Positions 47,359 to 55,729 of a DNA stretch of 64,000 nt are shown here, in pieces. This stretch comes from Vicinamibacterales bacterium (GTDB taxonomy: Bacteria > Acidobacteriota > Vicinamibacteria > Vicinamibacterales > UBA8438): contig OY759970.1 in assembly GCA_963662965.1 (NCBI GenBank), positions 3,328,524 through 3,392,523 of the forward strand. The letters are read 5' to 3'. Within the stretch, counting starts at the first letter, position 1, and the number at the start of each line of letters is the position of its first letter. Position numbers and translations under genes: made by a program. Below the pieces are notes generated by a model. It searched no databases and was not told where the DNA came from. It was given only the letters and a program-made list of their open reading frames with translations.

Positions 47359-50160
47359 ATGCCAAGAGCCGCTGCTCACGAATCTGAGTCACATCCGCCG
47401 CAGTCATCGACGGCGACGGAGCCAGCCGCCTCGCACGAGTCTGGAATCGAATTCCCACGCGTGTTCAGTCGCGAGGGGGTGGATCCGTTCGACGAGCTTG
47501 AATGGGAGACACGGTCTGCCGTCATCGGCAACGAGCGTGGCGATGTGGTGTTCGAGCAGCGGGATGTCGATTTTCCGAAGGCGTGGTCCCAGACGGCGAC
47601 CAACATCGTCGTCTCCAAGTACTTCCGCGGTCAGCTCGGCGCCCCAGAGCGTGAGCGGAGCGTGCGCCAGCTGATCGGACGTGTGGTCGAGACGGTCACG
47701 ACATGGGCCGAGTCGCAGGACTATTTCGCTAGCGCCGAGGATCTCAGTGCCTTTAGCGACGATCTGAAGCATCTGCTCGTCCAGCAGAAGGCCGCGTTCA
47801 ACAGCCCCGTGTGGTTCAACTGCGGGTTCGAGCCGTCGCCCCAGTGCTCGGCCTGCTTCATCAATTCCGTCGATGACACGATGGATTCGATCCTGACGCT
47901 GGCGAAAACCGAAGGCATGTTGTTCAAGTTCGGCTCGGGAACCGGCACCAATCTGTCCGCGATCCGATCGTCCCGCGAAGCGCTGGCCGGCGGCGGGACC
48001 GCGTCCGGTCCGGTCTCCTTCATGAAGGGGTACGACGCGTTTGCCGGCGTGATCAAGTCTGGCGGTAAGACCCGCCGGGCAGCCAAGATGGTGATTCTCA
48101 ACGCCGAGCACCCGGACATCGTCGACTTCATCAATTGCAAGGTCGACGAAGAACGGAAGGCGTGGGCGCTGATCGACGCCGGGTACGACGGCTCGTTTAC
48201 GGGGCCGGCGTATGCGTCCGTCTTCTTTCAGAACTCCAACAACAGTGTCCGGGTGACCGATGACTTCATGCGGGCGGCGCTTGACGGCGGCGAGTGGCGG
48301 ACACATGCGATCACCGACGGCCGCGTCATGGATTCGTACAAGGCCCATGACCTGCTCCACATGATTGCCGAAGGGACGTATGTGTGCGGCGACCCGGGCA
48401 TGCAGTTCGACACCACCATCAACGATTGGCACACGTGTCCGAACACCGCGCGTATCAATGCGTCGAATCCGTGCTCCGAGTACATGTTTCTCGACGACTC
48501 GGCCTGCAACCTCGCCTCGCTCAACCTCATGCAGTTCGTCAAGGAGGACGAGCCGGGTGAGTTCGACGTCGAGGCCTTCCGCGCCGCGGTGCGCACGCTG
48601 ATTACGGCGCAGGAGATTATCGTCGGGAACGCGAGCTACCCGACCTCGTCGATTGGGCGCAATAGCCACGACTATCGACCGCTCGGCCTCGGGTACGCCA
48701 ATTTGGGTGCGCTCCTCATGTCGCGGGGTGTGCCCTACGACAGCGACGAAGGACGCGACTACGCGGCGGCCATCACGGCGCTGATGACCGGCGAGGCGTA
48801 TGCGCAATCCGCCCGGGTCGCCCGCGATTGCGGTGGACCGTTCGACGGCTATGCGACGAACGAAGAGCCTTTCCTTCGCGTGATGCGCAAGCATCGCGCC
48901 GCCATGAAGGATGTCGAGGCCTCGCACGTGCCGTCGGACTTGTACCGCGCGGCCGATGAGGCGTGGAGAGACGCCGTCGAGCTCGGTGAAGCGCACGGAT
49001 TCAGGAACGCGCAGGCCACCGTGCTGGCGCCGACCGGCACTATCGGTTTCATGATGGATTGTGATACCACCGGGGTGGAGCCAGACATTGCGCTCGTGAA
49101 GTACAAGAAGCTGGTCGGCGGCGGGCTTATGAAGATCGTCAACCAAACCGTGCCGATAGCGTTGTCGCGCTTGGGGTATGCCGACGATCAGGTCAACGAC
49201 ATCGTCCAGTACATCGACGACCAAGAGACGATCGAAGGGGCGCCGCACATCGAAACCAAGCATTTGGCCGTCTTCGATTGCGCGTTCAAGGCGGCGAACG
49301 GATCACGGTCCATCCATTACATGGGACACGTGAAGATGATTGGCGCCACCCAGCCGTTCATTTCTGGCGCCATCTCGAAGACGATCAACGTGCCGACCGA
49401 TGCGACGGTCGAGGACATCGAGCAGGCGTATGTCGATGCGTGGCGGCTTGGGACGAAGGCGGTCTCGATCTACCGTGACGGCAGCAAACGCACGCAGCCG
49501 CTCAACACGGCGCGAGACGCGGCCCAGGAGGTAGTGGCGTCCGTATCGTCCCAGCCGGTGCGCCGGAGGCTGCCGGACGAGCGGCAAGCCATCACCCACA
49601 AGTTCGACATTGCCGGGCACGAGGGATACATCACCGTCGGCCTGTTCGAGGACCGTTCACCGGGTGAGATTTTTCTCGTCATGGCAAAAGAGGGGTCGAC
49701 GATCTCCGGGTTCGCCGATGCCTTCGCCCAGGCGGTGTCGTATGCGCTGCAGTACGGCGTGCCGCTCCAGGTGTTGGTCGACAAGTTCATCCACGTTCGG
49801 TTTGAGCCGGCCGGCATCACGAAAAACCCAGACGTGCGCGTGGCGAAATCGATCGTCGACTACATCTTCCGATGGATGGCGACGAAGTTCTTGTCGAACG
49901 AAGCTCAGTTTCTCGCCGGGGTCAACGTTCGCGACGACGTTGCCGCAGAAAGTAAAGGTCAACAACTCACGCTCAACGGAGCTGCGGCCGACACCGAGAC
50001 ACCCCCGAAGCCGGACCCGGCCGGGCCGACGGCCGCCACCCCGTTCGCCATTCAGAACGATCAGGATGCCCCGCCGTGCTCAACGTGCGGTGCGATCATG
50101 ATCCGCAACGGCGCCTGCTACAAGTGCATGAATTGCGGCGCGACGAGCGGCTGCGCGTAG
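47359..50160 (+). CDS. nrdJ: adenosylcobalamin-dependent ribonucleoside-diphosphate reductase (class II)
   Basis: About 933 aa from ATG 47359 (GGAGG 6 nt upstream). Motifs NPCSEY, SCNL, GLGYANLG, TNVP. C-terminal CxxC...CxxC zinc ribbon. Confidence 0.92.
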   Translation: MPRAAAHESESHPPQSSTATEPAASHESGIEFPRVFSREGVDPFDELEWETRSAVIGNERGDVVFEQRDVDFPKAWSQTATNIVVSKYFRGQLGAPERERSVRQLIGRVVETVTTWAESQDYFASAEDLSAFSDDLKHLLVQQKAAFNSPVWFNCGFEPSPQCSACFINSVDDTMDSILTLAKTEGMLFKFGSGTGTNLSAIRSSREALAGGGTASGPVSFMKGYDAFAGVIKSGGKTRRAAKMVILNAEHPDIVDFINCKVDEERKAWALIDAGYDGSFTGPAYASVFFQNSNNSVRVTDDFMRAALDGGEWRTHAITDGRVMDSYKAHDLLHMIAEGTYVCGDPGMQFDTTINDWHTCPNTARINASNPCSEYMFLDDSACNLASLNLMQFVKEDEPGEFDVEAFRAAVRTLITAQEIIVGNASYPTSSIGRNSHDYRPLGLGYANLGALLMSRGVPYDSDEGRDYAAAITALMTGEAYAQSARVARDCGGPFDGYATNEEPFLRVMRKHRAAMKDVEASHVPSDLYRAADEAWRDAVELGEAHGFRNAQATVLAPTGTIGFMMDCDTTGVEPDIALVKYKKLVGGGLMKIVNQTVPIALSRLGYADDQVNDIVQYIDDQETIEGAPHIETKHLAVFDCAFKAANGSRSIHYMGHVKMIGATQPFISGAISKTINVPTDATVEDIEQAYVDAWRLGTKAVSIYRDGSKRTQPLNTARDAAQEVVASVSSQPVRRRLPDERQAITHKFDIAGHEGYITVGLFEDRSPGEIFLVMAKEGSTISGFADAFAQAVSYALQYGVPLQVLVDKFIHVRFEPAGITKNPDVRVAKSIVDYIFRWMATKFLSNEAQFLAGVNVRDDVAAESKGQQLTLNGAAADTETPPKPDPAGPTAATPFAIQNDQDAPPCSTCGAIMIRNGACYKCMNCGATSGCA

Positions 50161-50171
50161 TCCTTATTCTC

Positions 50172-50192
50172 GACGGGGCTGGCGGCCCCGTC
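50172..50192. repeat. family B terminal-hairpin-like unit (B5)
   Basis: GACGGGGC-TGGCG-GCCCCGTC immediately after the nrdJ stop, followed by TGAG as at other Y ends. Confidence 0.55.
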
Positions 50193-50209
50193 TGAGATTG
50201 GACCGGCGT

Positions 50210-50230
50210 GGGGCGTTCGGGGCCCCTTTT
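50210..50230 (+). terminator. intrinsic terminator candidate after nrdJ
   Basis: GGGGC-GTTCGGG-GCCCC followed by TTTT. Confidence 0.55.
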
Positions 50231-50306
50231 GCAGTACGCTGGCAGTCTCAGTGTTCCTCGTCGTGAATGGACGGCGCCGGAACCCGAGCGATGAGGGGGC
50301 CGTACG

Positions 50307-52109
50307 ATGTCCACGCATTCTCGCGCTTCACGATATGTGCTGGTGATCGCGATTGCCGTCACCACGTTCACATCAGCGCAGGTAACCATTTCCGCGCAGT
50401 CCTCCGGCGCGTTTGTTCCCGTCACCGACGCGATGCTCCAGGAGCCGGCCCCCGGTGACTGGTTGATGTGGCGCCGCACGCTGGACAGCTGGGGCTACAG
50501 TCCACTGGACGAGATCGACCGAGACAACGTCGGTGCCTTGCGCATGGTCTGGTCGCGCGCGCTCACGGACGGGTTCCAGTCGGGCACACCGCTGGCCTAC
50601 GGCGGCGTGATGTACATGCCGAACCCGAACGATGTCATTCAGGCGATCGATGCGGCGACCGGCGATCTCATCTGGGAGCACCGCCGTCAGGTTCCCGACG
50701 ACGTCAACGAGTACTTGGGCGGTGAACTCTCGACGAACAATCGAAATATCGCGATCTACGACGACCTCATTATCGACACGAGCGTCGACGACCATGTCTT
50801 TGCCCTCTCGGCCGAGACGGGTCAGATGGAGTGGGAGACGCAAGTCCTAGACTACAAAGTCAATCCGGCCACCCAGGGCTCCGGTCCGATCATCGCCGAC
50901 GGCAAGGTGATCACGGGACGCAGTTGCTCGGCCAAGGGAGGACCGGAAGCGTGCGTCGTGACCGCGCATGACGCGACGACCGGGGCCGAGTTATGGCGGC
51001 GGCGTCTGATTCCAGGACCAGGTGAGCCGGGCGACGAAAGCTGGGGCGACGTCCCGTTCGAGGAACGAGTTCACGTCGGCGCGTGGATGGTGCCGAGCTA
51101 TGACCCGGTCCTCAATCTCGTCTACGTCGGAACCTCCGTCACCGCCCCGGCCCCGAAGTTCATGCTCGGAGGTGTGAACAACAAGCATCTCTATCACAAC
51201 TCCACGCTCGCGCTCGACGCCAACACCGGGGACATCGTGTGGTACTACCAGCATCTCAATGATCATTGGGACCTCGATCATCCGTTCGAGCGATTGCTGG
51301 TCGATACCGTGGTGGCGCCCGATCCGTCGGCGGTGAGCTGGATCAATCCGCGGTTGCGGACCGGGGAGACGCGGCGGGTCGTCACCGGTATTCCGGGAAA
51401 AACCGGGGTGGTGTATACCCTCGACCGTGCGACGGGGGAGTTCTTGTGGGCAACGCCGACCGTCACCCAGAACGTCATCAGCGACATCGACGGGGCAACC
51501 GGAGCAGTGTCGGAAAACTCGGAAGTGGTCTTCAGCGCATTGGGGCAGGAGGTCTTTGCCTGCCCGACCTGGAACGGCGGGAAGGACTGGGAGGCGGGCG
51601 CCTACAGCCCCCTGACCAATACGATGTACATGCCACTGCGGAACACCTGCGCTCGGATGATGGCCGCCACGGAGTTCGAAGACCGACCGAACGAGCCCAA
51701 CGAGAGTCGCGCGGCGACCTACGCGATTGCCTACCGCCACCAGCTGGCTCCTGGCACCGACAATGCCGGCACCGTGCGGGCGATTTCGGTAGAAACCGGC
51801 GAGACGGCCTGGCTCTATGAGCAGCGAACCGCGACCATGTCACTCGTGGCGACCGGGGGTGGACTTATCTTTGGTGGTGACGTCAATGGGCGATTTCGGG
51901 CGCTGGACCACGAGACGGGAGAGATACTGTGGGAAATCAACCTCGGGTCGTCGGTCACTGGGTTCCCCATCACGTACGCGGTCGATGGTCGGCAGTATGT
52001 GGCGGTAAGTACTGGCTCTGGGGGGACGTCGGCGCACTTTATCGGTTTGACGCCTGAGATTCGCCCTAGCTCGGGGAACAACCTCTTCGTGTTCGCCTTG
52101 CCAGATTAG
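50307..52109 (+). CDS. PQQ-dependent dehydrogenase (quinoprotein, 8-bladed propeller)
   Basis: Signal peptide. Repeated A(L/I)DxxTG(E/D)xxW blades: AIDAATGDLIWEH, ALSAETGQMEWET, AHDATTGAELWRR, ALDANTGDIVWYY, ALDHETGEILWEI. Confidence 0.85.
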   Translation: MSTHSRASRYVLVIAIAVTTFTSAQVTISAQSSGAFVPVTDAMLQEPAPGDWLMWRRTLDSWGYSPLDEIDRDNVGALRMVWSRALTDGFQSGTPLAYGGVMYMPNPNDVIQAIDAATGDLIWEHRRQVPDDVNEYLGGELSTNNRNIAIYDDLIIDTSVDDHVFALSAETGQMEWETQVLDYKVNPATQGSGPIIADGKVITGRSCSAKGGPEACVVTAHDATTGAELWRRRLIPGPGEPGDESWGDVPFEERVHVGAWMVPSYDPVLNLVYVGTSVTAPAPKFMLGGVNNKHLYHNSTLALDANTGDIVWYYQHLNDHWDLDHPFERLLVDTVVAPDPSAVSWINPRLRTGETRRVVTGIPGKTGVVYTLDRATGEFLWATPTVTQNVISDIDGATGAVSENSEVVFSALGQEVFACPTWNGGKDWEAGAYSPLTNTMYMPLRNTCARMMAATEFEDRPNEPNESRAATYAIAYRHQLAPGTDNAGTVRAISVETGETAWLYEQRTATMSLVATGGGLIFGGDVNGRFRALDHETGEILWEINLGSSVTGFPITYAVDGRQYVAVSTGSGGTSAHFIGLTPEIRPSSGNNLFVFALPD

Positions 52110-52124
52110 CAGCCATCTCATAAA

Positions 52125-52250
52125 GGCGCCGGCATTCGGCCGCCGATGCATCCCGCCAGGGGCGGCGTTGGGCGTTGCATGAGCGCGGTCGAATACTACC
52201 GGTATTCTCCCTCAGTCTTTGGCCGGGAGCGATATTCCCCTGGTCTGATC
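52125..52250 (-). repeat. family A element A5, fused to a family B X-module end
   Basis: Core CGGTATTCTCCCTCAGTCT, followed by the reverse complement of GATCAGACCAGGGGAATATCG at 52230-52250. Confidence 0.8.
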
Positions 52251-52580
52251 TTGGCCCCATCCGAAGTAGGCGAGGGCGACTAGCAGCGCGCTAAATCCGG
52301 CGCGCGCCAGTTGGGGCGCGAGCAAGAGCTCACCGTAGACGTGCGGATCATTGTGGAGGCTGATCGACTGAAGCCCGAGGAGGCCGCTGACGGCCAGCGC
52401 CAGTCCGCCGGGGAGCGAGACCCGCACCAACGCCGCGGCCAGCGCGAGGACGCCGCCCGAGAGCATCCGCCACAGGTTGGCCCACCACTCGAGCGTGCCC
52501 GAGCCGATGAGGTCGGCGACACCGACGACAACGTCGTACACGCCGTAGACCAACATCCCGAGCGCCGCGGCTCTCAGCAT
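52212..52580 (-). CDS. small integral membrane protein (about 4 TM)
   Basis: 122 aa, hydrophobic. The last 14 codons (QDQTRGISLPAKD) lie in repeat A5. Confidence 0.5.
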   Translation of the reverse strand: MLRAAALGMLVYGVYDVVVGVADLIGSGTLEWWANLWRMLSGGVLALAAALVRVSLPGGLALAVSGLLGLQSISLHNDPHVYGELLLAPQLARAGFSALLVALAYFGWGQDQTRGISLPAKD

Positions 52581-52638
52581 GCCCCCTCTTGTATCATGCC
52601 GCTTCGGTCAACGACGAGTGATGAATGACGAGTGACGA

Positions 52639-53529
52639 ATGCTGAATGCTAGCCTGCCGTCCGCGCGTCTGAACATGTCGACGGCAGCGGCGACCCTGCT
52701 CTCGGCCGTGATAGTCGCCGGGCTCGTCACATCCGCCGTCTCCACCCCCGCGTCGGCGACCGTCGCGACCCAGTCGGGCACCGACGAGTCGTTCGACCGG
52801 GTCCTGAATCTGTACGTGCGCGACGGATTGGTGTACTACGCCGCGCTCCGGGTCACGGACCGGACGCGCATCGACCAGTATGTCGATGCGCGTCGCGCCG
52901 CGCCGCCCGGCTTCGAGGGATGGTCGCCGTCGCGCCAGCTGGCCTTCTGGATCAACAGCTACAACGCGATCGTGCTGAAGACGGTGCTCGACCACTACCC
53001 GATCCGCGGGTCGTCACCGCTGTATCCGACGAACAGCATCCGTCAGATTGGCGGCGCCTTCGACCGGACGTCACACCAGATTGCCGGCCGACGGCTCACC
53101 CTCGACGAGATCGAGCAGTCGGTGTTGGCCTCGTTCGAAGATCCACGGGTCTTCCTGGCGCTGGGACGCGGCGCCGTCGGGAGCGGCCGGCTGCGGAGCG
53201 AGACGTACAGCGGAGCGACGCTCGACCTTCAGCTCGCGGCGGTCGTCGAGGAGTTCGCGACCGAACCGTGGGGCGTCGTCCTCGACCGACTGGGAGCCGT
53301 CGTGCAGGTGAACCCGATCTTCGGGTGGCGCGAGTCCGAGTTCGTCGCGGCGTATGCCGACCATGGCTGGACGGATTCTGGACGGACGCCGCTCGAGCGA
53401 GCGATTCTGAATCTGATCGAGCCGGTGCTGTTTCCCAGCGAGCGGGTGTTCCTCGCAAAGAACATGTTCAGCCTTGGATATCAGGAGTTCGATTGGCGTC
53501 TCAATGATCTGACCGGCGGGAGACCATAA
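52639..53529 (+). CDS. DUF547 domain protein, secreted
   Basis: Signal-like N-terminus. LAFWINSYNAIVLKTVL motif typical of DUF547. Confidence 0.7.
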   Translation: MLNASLPSARLNMSTAAATLLSAVIVAGLVTSAVSTPASATVATQSGTDESFDRVLNLYVRDGLVYYAALRVTDRTRIDQYVDARRAAPPGFEGWSPSRQLAFWINSYNAIVLKTVLDHYPIRGSSPLYPTNSIRQIGGAFDRTSHQIAGRRLTLDEIEQSVLASFEDPRVFLALGRGAVGSGRLRSETYSGATLDLQLAAVVEEFATEPWGVVLDRLGAVVQVNPIFGWRESEFVAAYADHGWTDSGRTPLERAILNLIEPVLFPSERVFLAKNMFSLGYQEFDWRLNDLTGGRP

Positions 53530-53533
53530 CACT

Positions 53534-54310
53534 TTGGATTTACGACTGACGGACAAGGTGGCCATCGTCACCGGCTCGAGCCGCGGACTTGGATTCGCGT
53601 CAGCGCGCGCGTTACTCGACGAGGGTTGCCGAGTGGTGATCTGCGCCAGAGGCCAAGAGCGCTTGGAGGCGGCGGCCGGCGCGCTCCGGCACGCGTCATC
53701 GGCGGAGCGCGTGCTTGCCGTGCGTGCGGACCTGGCCGTGGCCGACGATGTCGCCGTGGTCGTCGAGCGTGCCACCGAGACGTTTGGAGGGCTCGACATC
53801 CTGGTCAACAACGTCGGACGCGCCGGCGGCGGCGGGGTGGTCGAGGCGACCGACGAGGAGTGGAGCGCGGCGCTCGACGAAACGCTCTTTCCCGCGATCC
53901 GCGCCTCGCGCCTCGCGGTGCCCCATCTTCGACGCCGCGGCGGCGGCGTGGTCATCATGATTGCGTCGATTTGGGGTCGCGAGTCGGGCGGCCGCATGAC
54001 CTACAACGCCGTCAAGGCGGCGGAGATCAGCCTGGCGAAGTCGATGGCCCAACAGCTGGCCGGCGACAACATCCGGGTCAACAGTGTGGCACCAGGCTCG
54101 ATTTCGTTCCCCGGCGGGTCGTGGTACCGGCGTCAGCAAGAGGACCCCGACGGTATGGCGACGTTTGTCCGGGAGAATCTGCCGTTCGGTCGGTTCGGTC
54201 GGGTCGAAGAGGTCGGTGCCGTCGTCGCCTTCCTCGCCTCCTCGCGCGCCAGCTGGATCAGCGGCGCCTGCGTCACCGTCGACGGCTGCCAGTCACGCTC
54301 GCTGTTCTAG
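53534..54310 (+). CDS. SDR family oxidoreductase (FabG-like)
   Basis: TGSSRGLG, NNVG, Y..VKAA, PG.I motifs. TTG start. Confidence 0.88.
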   Translation: MDLRLTDKVAIVTGSSRGLGFASARALLDEGCRVVICARGQERLEAAAGALRHASSAERVLAVRADLAVADDVAVVVERATETFGGLDILVNNVGRAGGGGVVEATDEEWSAALDETLFPAIRASRLAVPHLRRRGGGVVIMIASIWGRESGGRMTYNAVKAAEISLAKSMAQQLAGDNIRVNSVAPGSISFPGGSWYRRQQEDPDGMATFVRENLPFGRFGRVEEVGAVVAFLASSRASWISGACVTVDGCQSRSLF

Positions 54311-54592
54311 AGCGTTTTGCACGTTCGTGTCGCCGCTCGGTCGCCAGACGAGCAGGTTCGAACGGAATGGCCCAGCGAGCGGCCCAGTATTGGTCTCTCT
54401 CGAAATCCGCGTCGTCACGGCGGCGGCGGTGCTGCTCTCAGCGGCAAGGTGGCGGTTCCTCCGACTGATTTCTCCGAGAGACCAACTGCTGCGCCGCCCC
54501 GAACCTGCAGTCACTGCCGGTACGAAGCCGTCACACACTCGCGAGACACGGGTCGCGTTCGCGGTGCACCATGAGCATCGTGGCGATGATCC

Positions 54593-54629
54593 GGTGACGG
54601 CGCGACGCCTCGCGCGTCGCGCCGTCACC
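54593..54629. other. perfect 16-bp GC-rich hairpin in a non-coding gap
   Basis: GGTGACGGCGCGACGC-CTCGC-GCGTCGCGCCGTCACC. Confidence 0.6.
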
Positions 54630-54757
54630 ATGGATGCGCGGCCAGGCTACAAACGCGCGGTCGAGCATCGATTGGCTCGATTGGAGTGCAAGATTGCGAG
54701 TGGTAGTGCCGGTTTGTTGCGCCCTGCGCCCTGCGCCCTGCGCTGTTCCGGAGAATG

Positions 54758-54997
54758 TCAGCGCTTCACGCGCTGCTGCTTCTTGCGGCTCTCGAGGGTC
54801 ACCGTGCCGTATTTCTTGGTGAAGCGCTCGACGCGACCCTCCGTGTCGATCAGCTTCTGGCGCCCGGTAAAGAACGGGTGGCAGTTGGAGCAGATTTCGA
54901 GGTGCAGCTCCGGCTTGGTCGAGCGGGTCTTCCAAGTGGCGCCGCACGCGCACCGAACGTCGACCTCATGGTATTCCGGATGAATGCCTGCTCTCAC
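54758..54997 (-). CDS. rpmE: 50S ribosomal protein L31
   Basis: [12 protein letters not shown]...[10 protein letters not shown]. Confidence 0.93.
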   Translation of the reverse strand: MRAGIHPEYHEVDVRCACGATWKTRSTKPELHLEICSNCHPFFTGRQKLIDTEGRVERFTKKYGTVTLESRKKQQRVKR

Positions 54998-55030
54998 GGT
55001 CTGCTCCTTCGAGTGTGCCCGAACATCCCA

Positions 55031-55669
55031 TTATAGCAAGGCCCGAACCGCCGTCCAGACGGCCTGGAGACCGGCCCCCGTTTTGCTCGACGTCGCCAGG
55101 ACCGCGTCACCCAGGGCACGTTCGTGCTCGCGTGTCGATTTGGCCTGGGCGTTGCGGCTCATCCGATCGTTCTTCGTCGTGACGATGACGGTGGGGAAGT
55201 CATGGTGGCGGACCCACGCGTGCGTGGCCAAGTCGCTGTCGAGGCCCGGATGTCGGCCGTCGATGACCAGCATGACGCCCGCGAGCCTCCGGCGGTCGGG
55301 CGGTGCCGGGATCCTCCCGTCATCCGCCGTCTGGGCCATCTGGGCGAAAAAGCCGTCGGTCATGGCGTCGAACTCACGACGGGCGTCCACTCCGCCTCGG
55401 GCGAAGCCATAGCCTGGAAGGTCGGCCAGCGTGAGCCGGAGCGGTTTCATACGCGCCGAGGTCGCGGCCCGTACCGCGTAGAGATTCACCAGGCGAGTCG
55501 TGCCCGGCTTCGCCCCCGCCCGCGCGATACGACGGCGAGCGAGGGCATTAATGAGGCGTGACTTTCCGACGTTGGAACGGCCGACCATGGCGACCGTTGG
55601 CCCGAGGTCGGGCGGCAGGCGCCCGCCCGCGGCCACGCTGGTCAGAAAGTCGGCGTCGAGGATCTTCAC
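55031..55669 (-). CDS. engB: ribosome biogenesis GTPase YihA/EngB
   Basis: VAMVGRSNVGKSRLINAL G1 motif, DLPGYG G3 motif, TKNDR G4 motif. Confidence 0.9.
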   Translation of the reverse strand: MKILDADFLTSVAAGGRLPPDLGPTVAMVGRSNVGKSRLINALARRRIARAGAKPGTTRLVNLYAVRAATSARMKPLRLTLADLPGYGFARGGVDARREFDAMTDGFFAQMAQTADDGRIPAPPDRRRLAGVMLVIDGRHPGLDSDLATHAWVRHHDFPTVIVTTKNDRMSRNAQAKSTREHERALGDAVLATSSKTGAGLQAVWTAVRALL

Positions 55670-55729
55670 CGGCCTGTCCCGAGCGAGTTCGTTCGACGAC
55701 TCGACGAACGAGTCGATGTCTGGCTGGGG

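Noticed and set aside
47404-49263. 619-aa minus-strand ORF opposite nrdJ
   Set aside because: Shadow ORF. The plus strand encodes an unmistakable class II RNR.
54390-54485. SRP (4.5S) or 6S RNA identity for the long hairpin
   Set aside because: The conserved SRP helix-8 motifs (GGAA loop with the AGCA/CAGG symmetric loop) are absent. I could not support a 6S-like central bubble by eye. It is left as an unclassified candidate.
54719-54744. CRISPR-like array
   Set aside because: It is only a 7-nt unit repeated directly with no spacers. No CRISPR array or cas gene exists anywhere in the window.
54084-54983. 299-aa plus-strand ORF crossing the SDR 3' end, the non-coding gap and rpmE
   Set aside because: It is out of frame with the SDR gene and antisense to rpmE. 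The text is Arg/Ala/Ser/Pro-rich and has no domain-like features.
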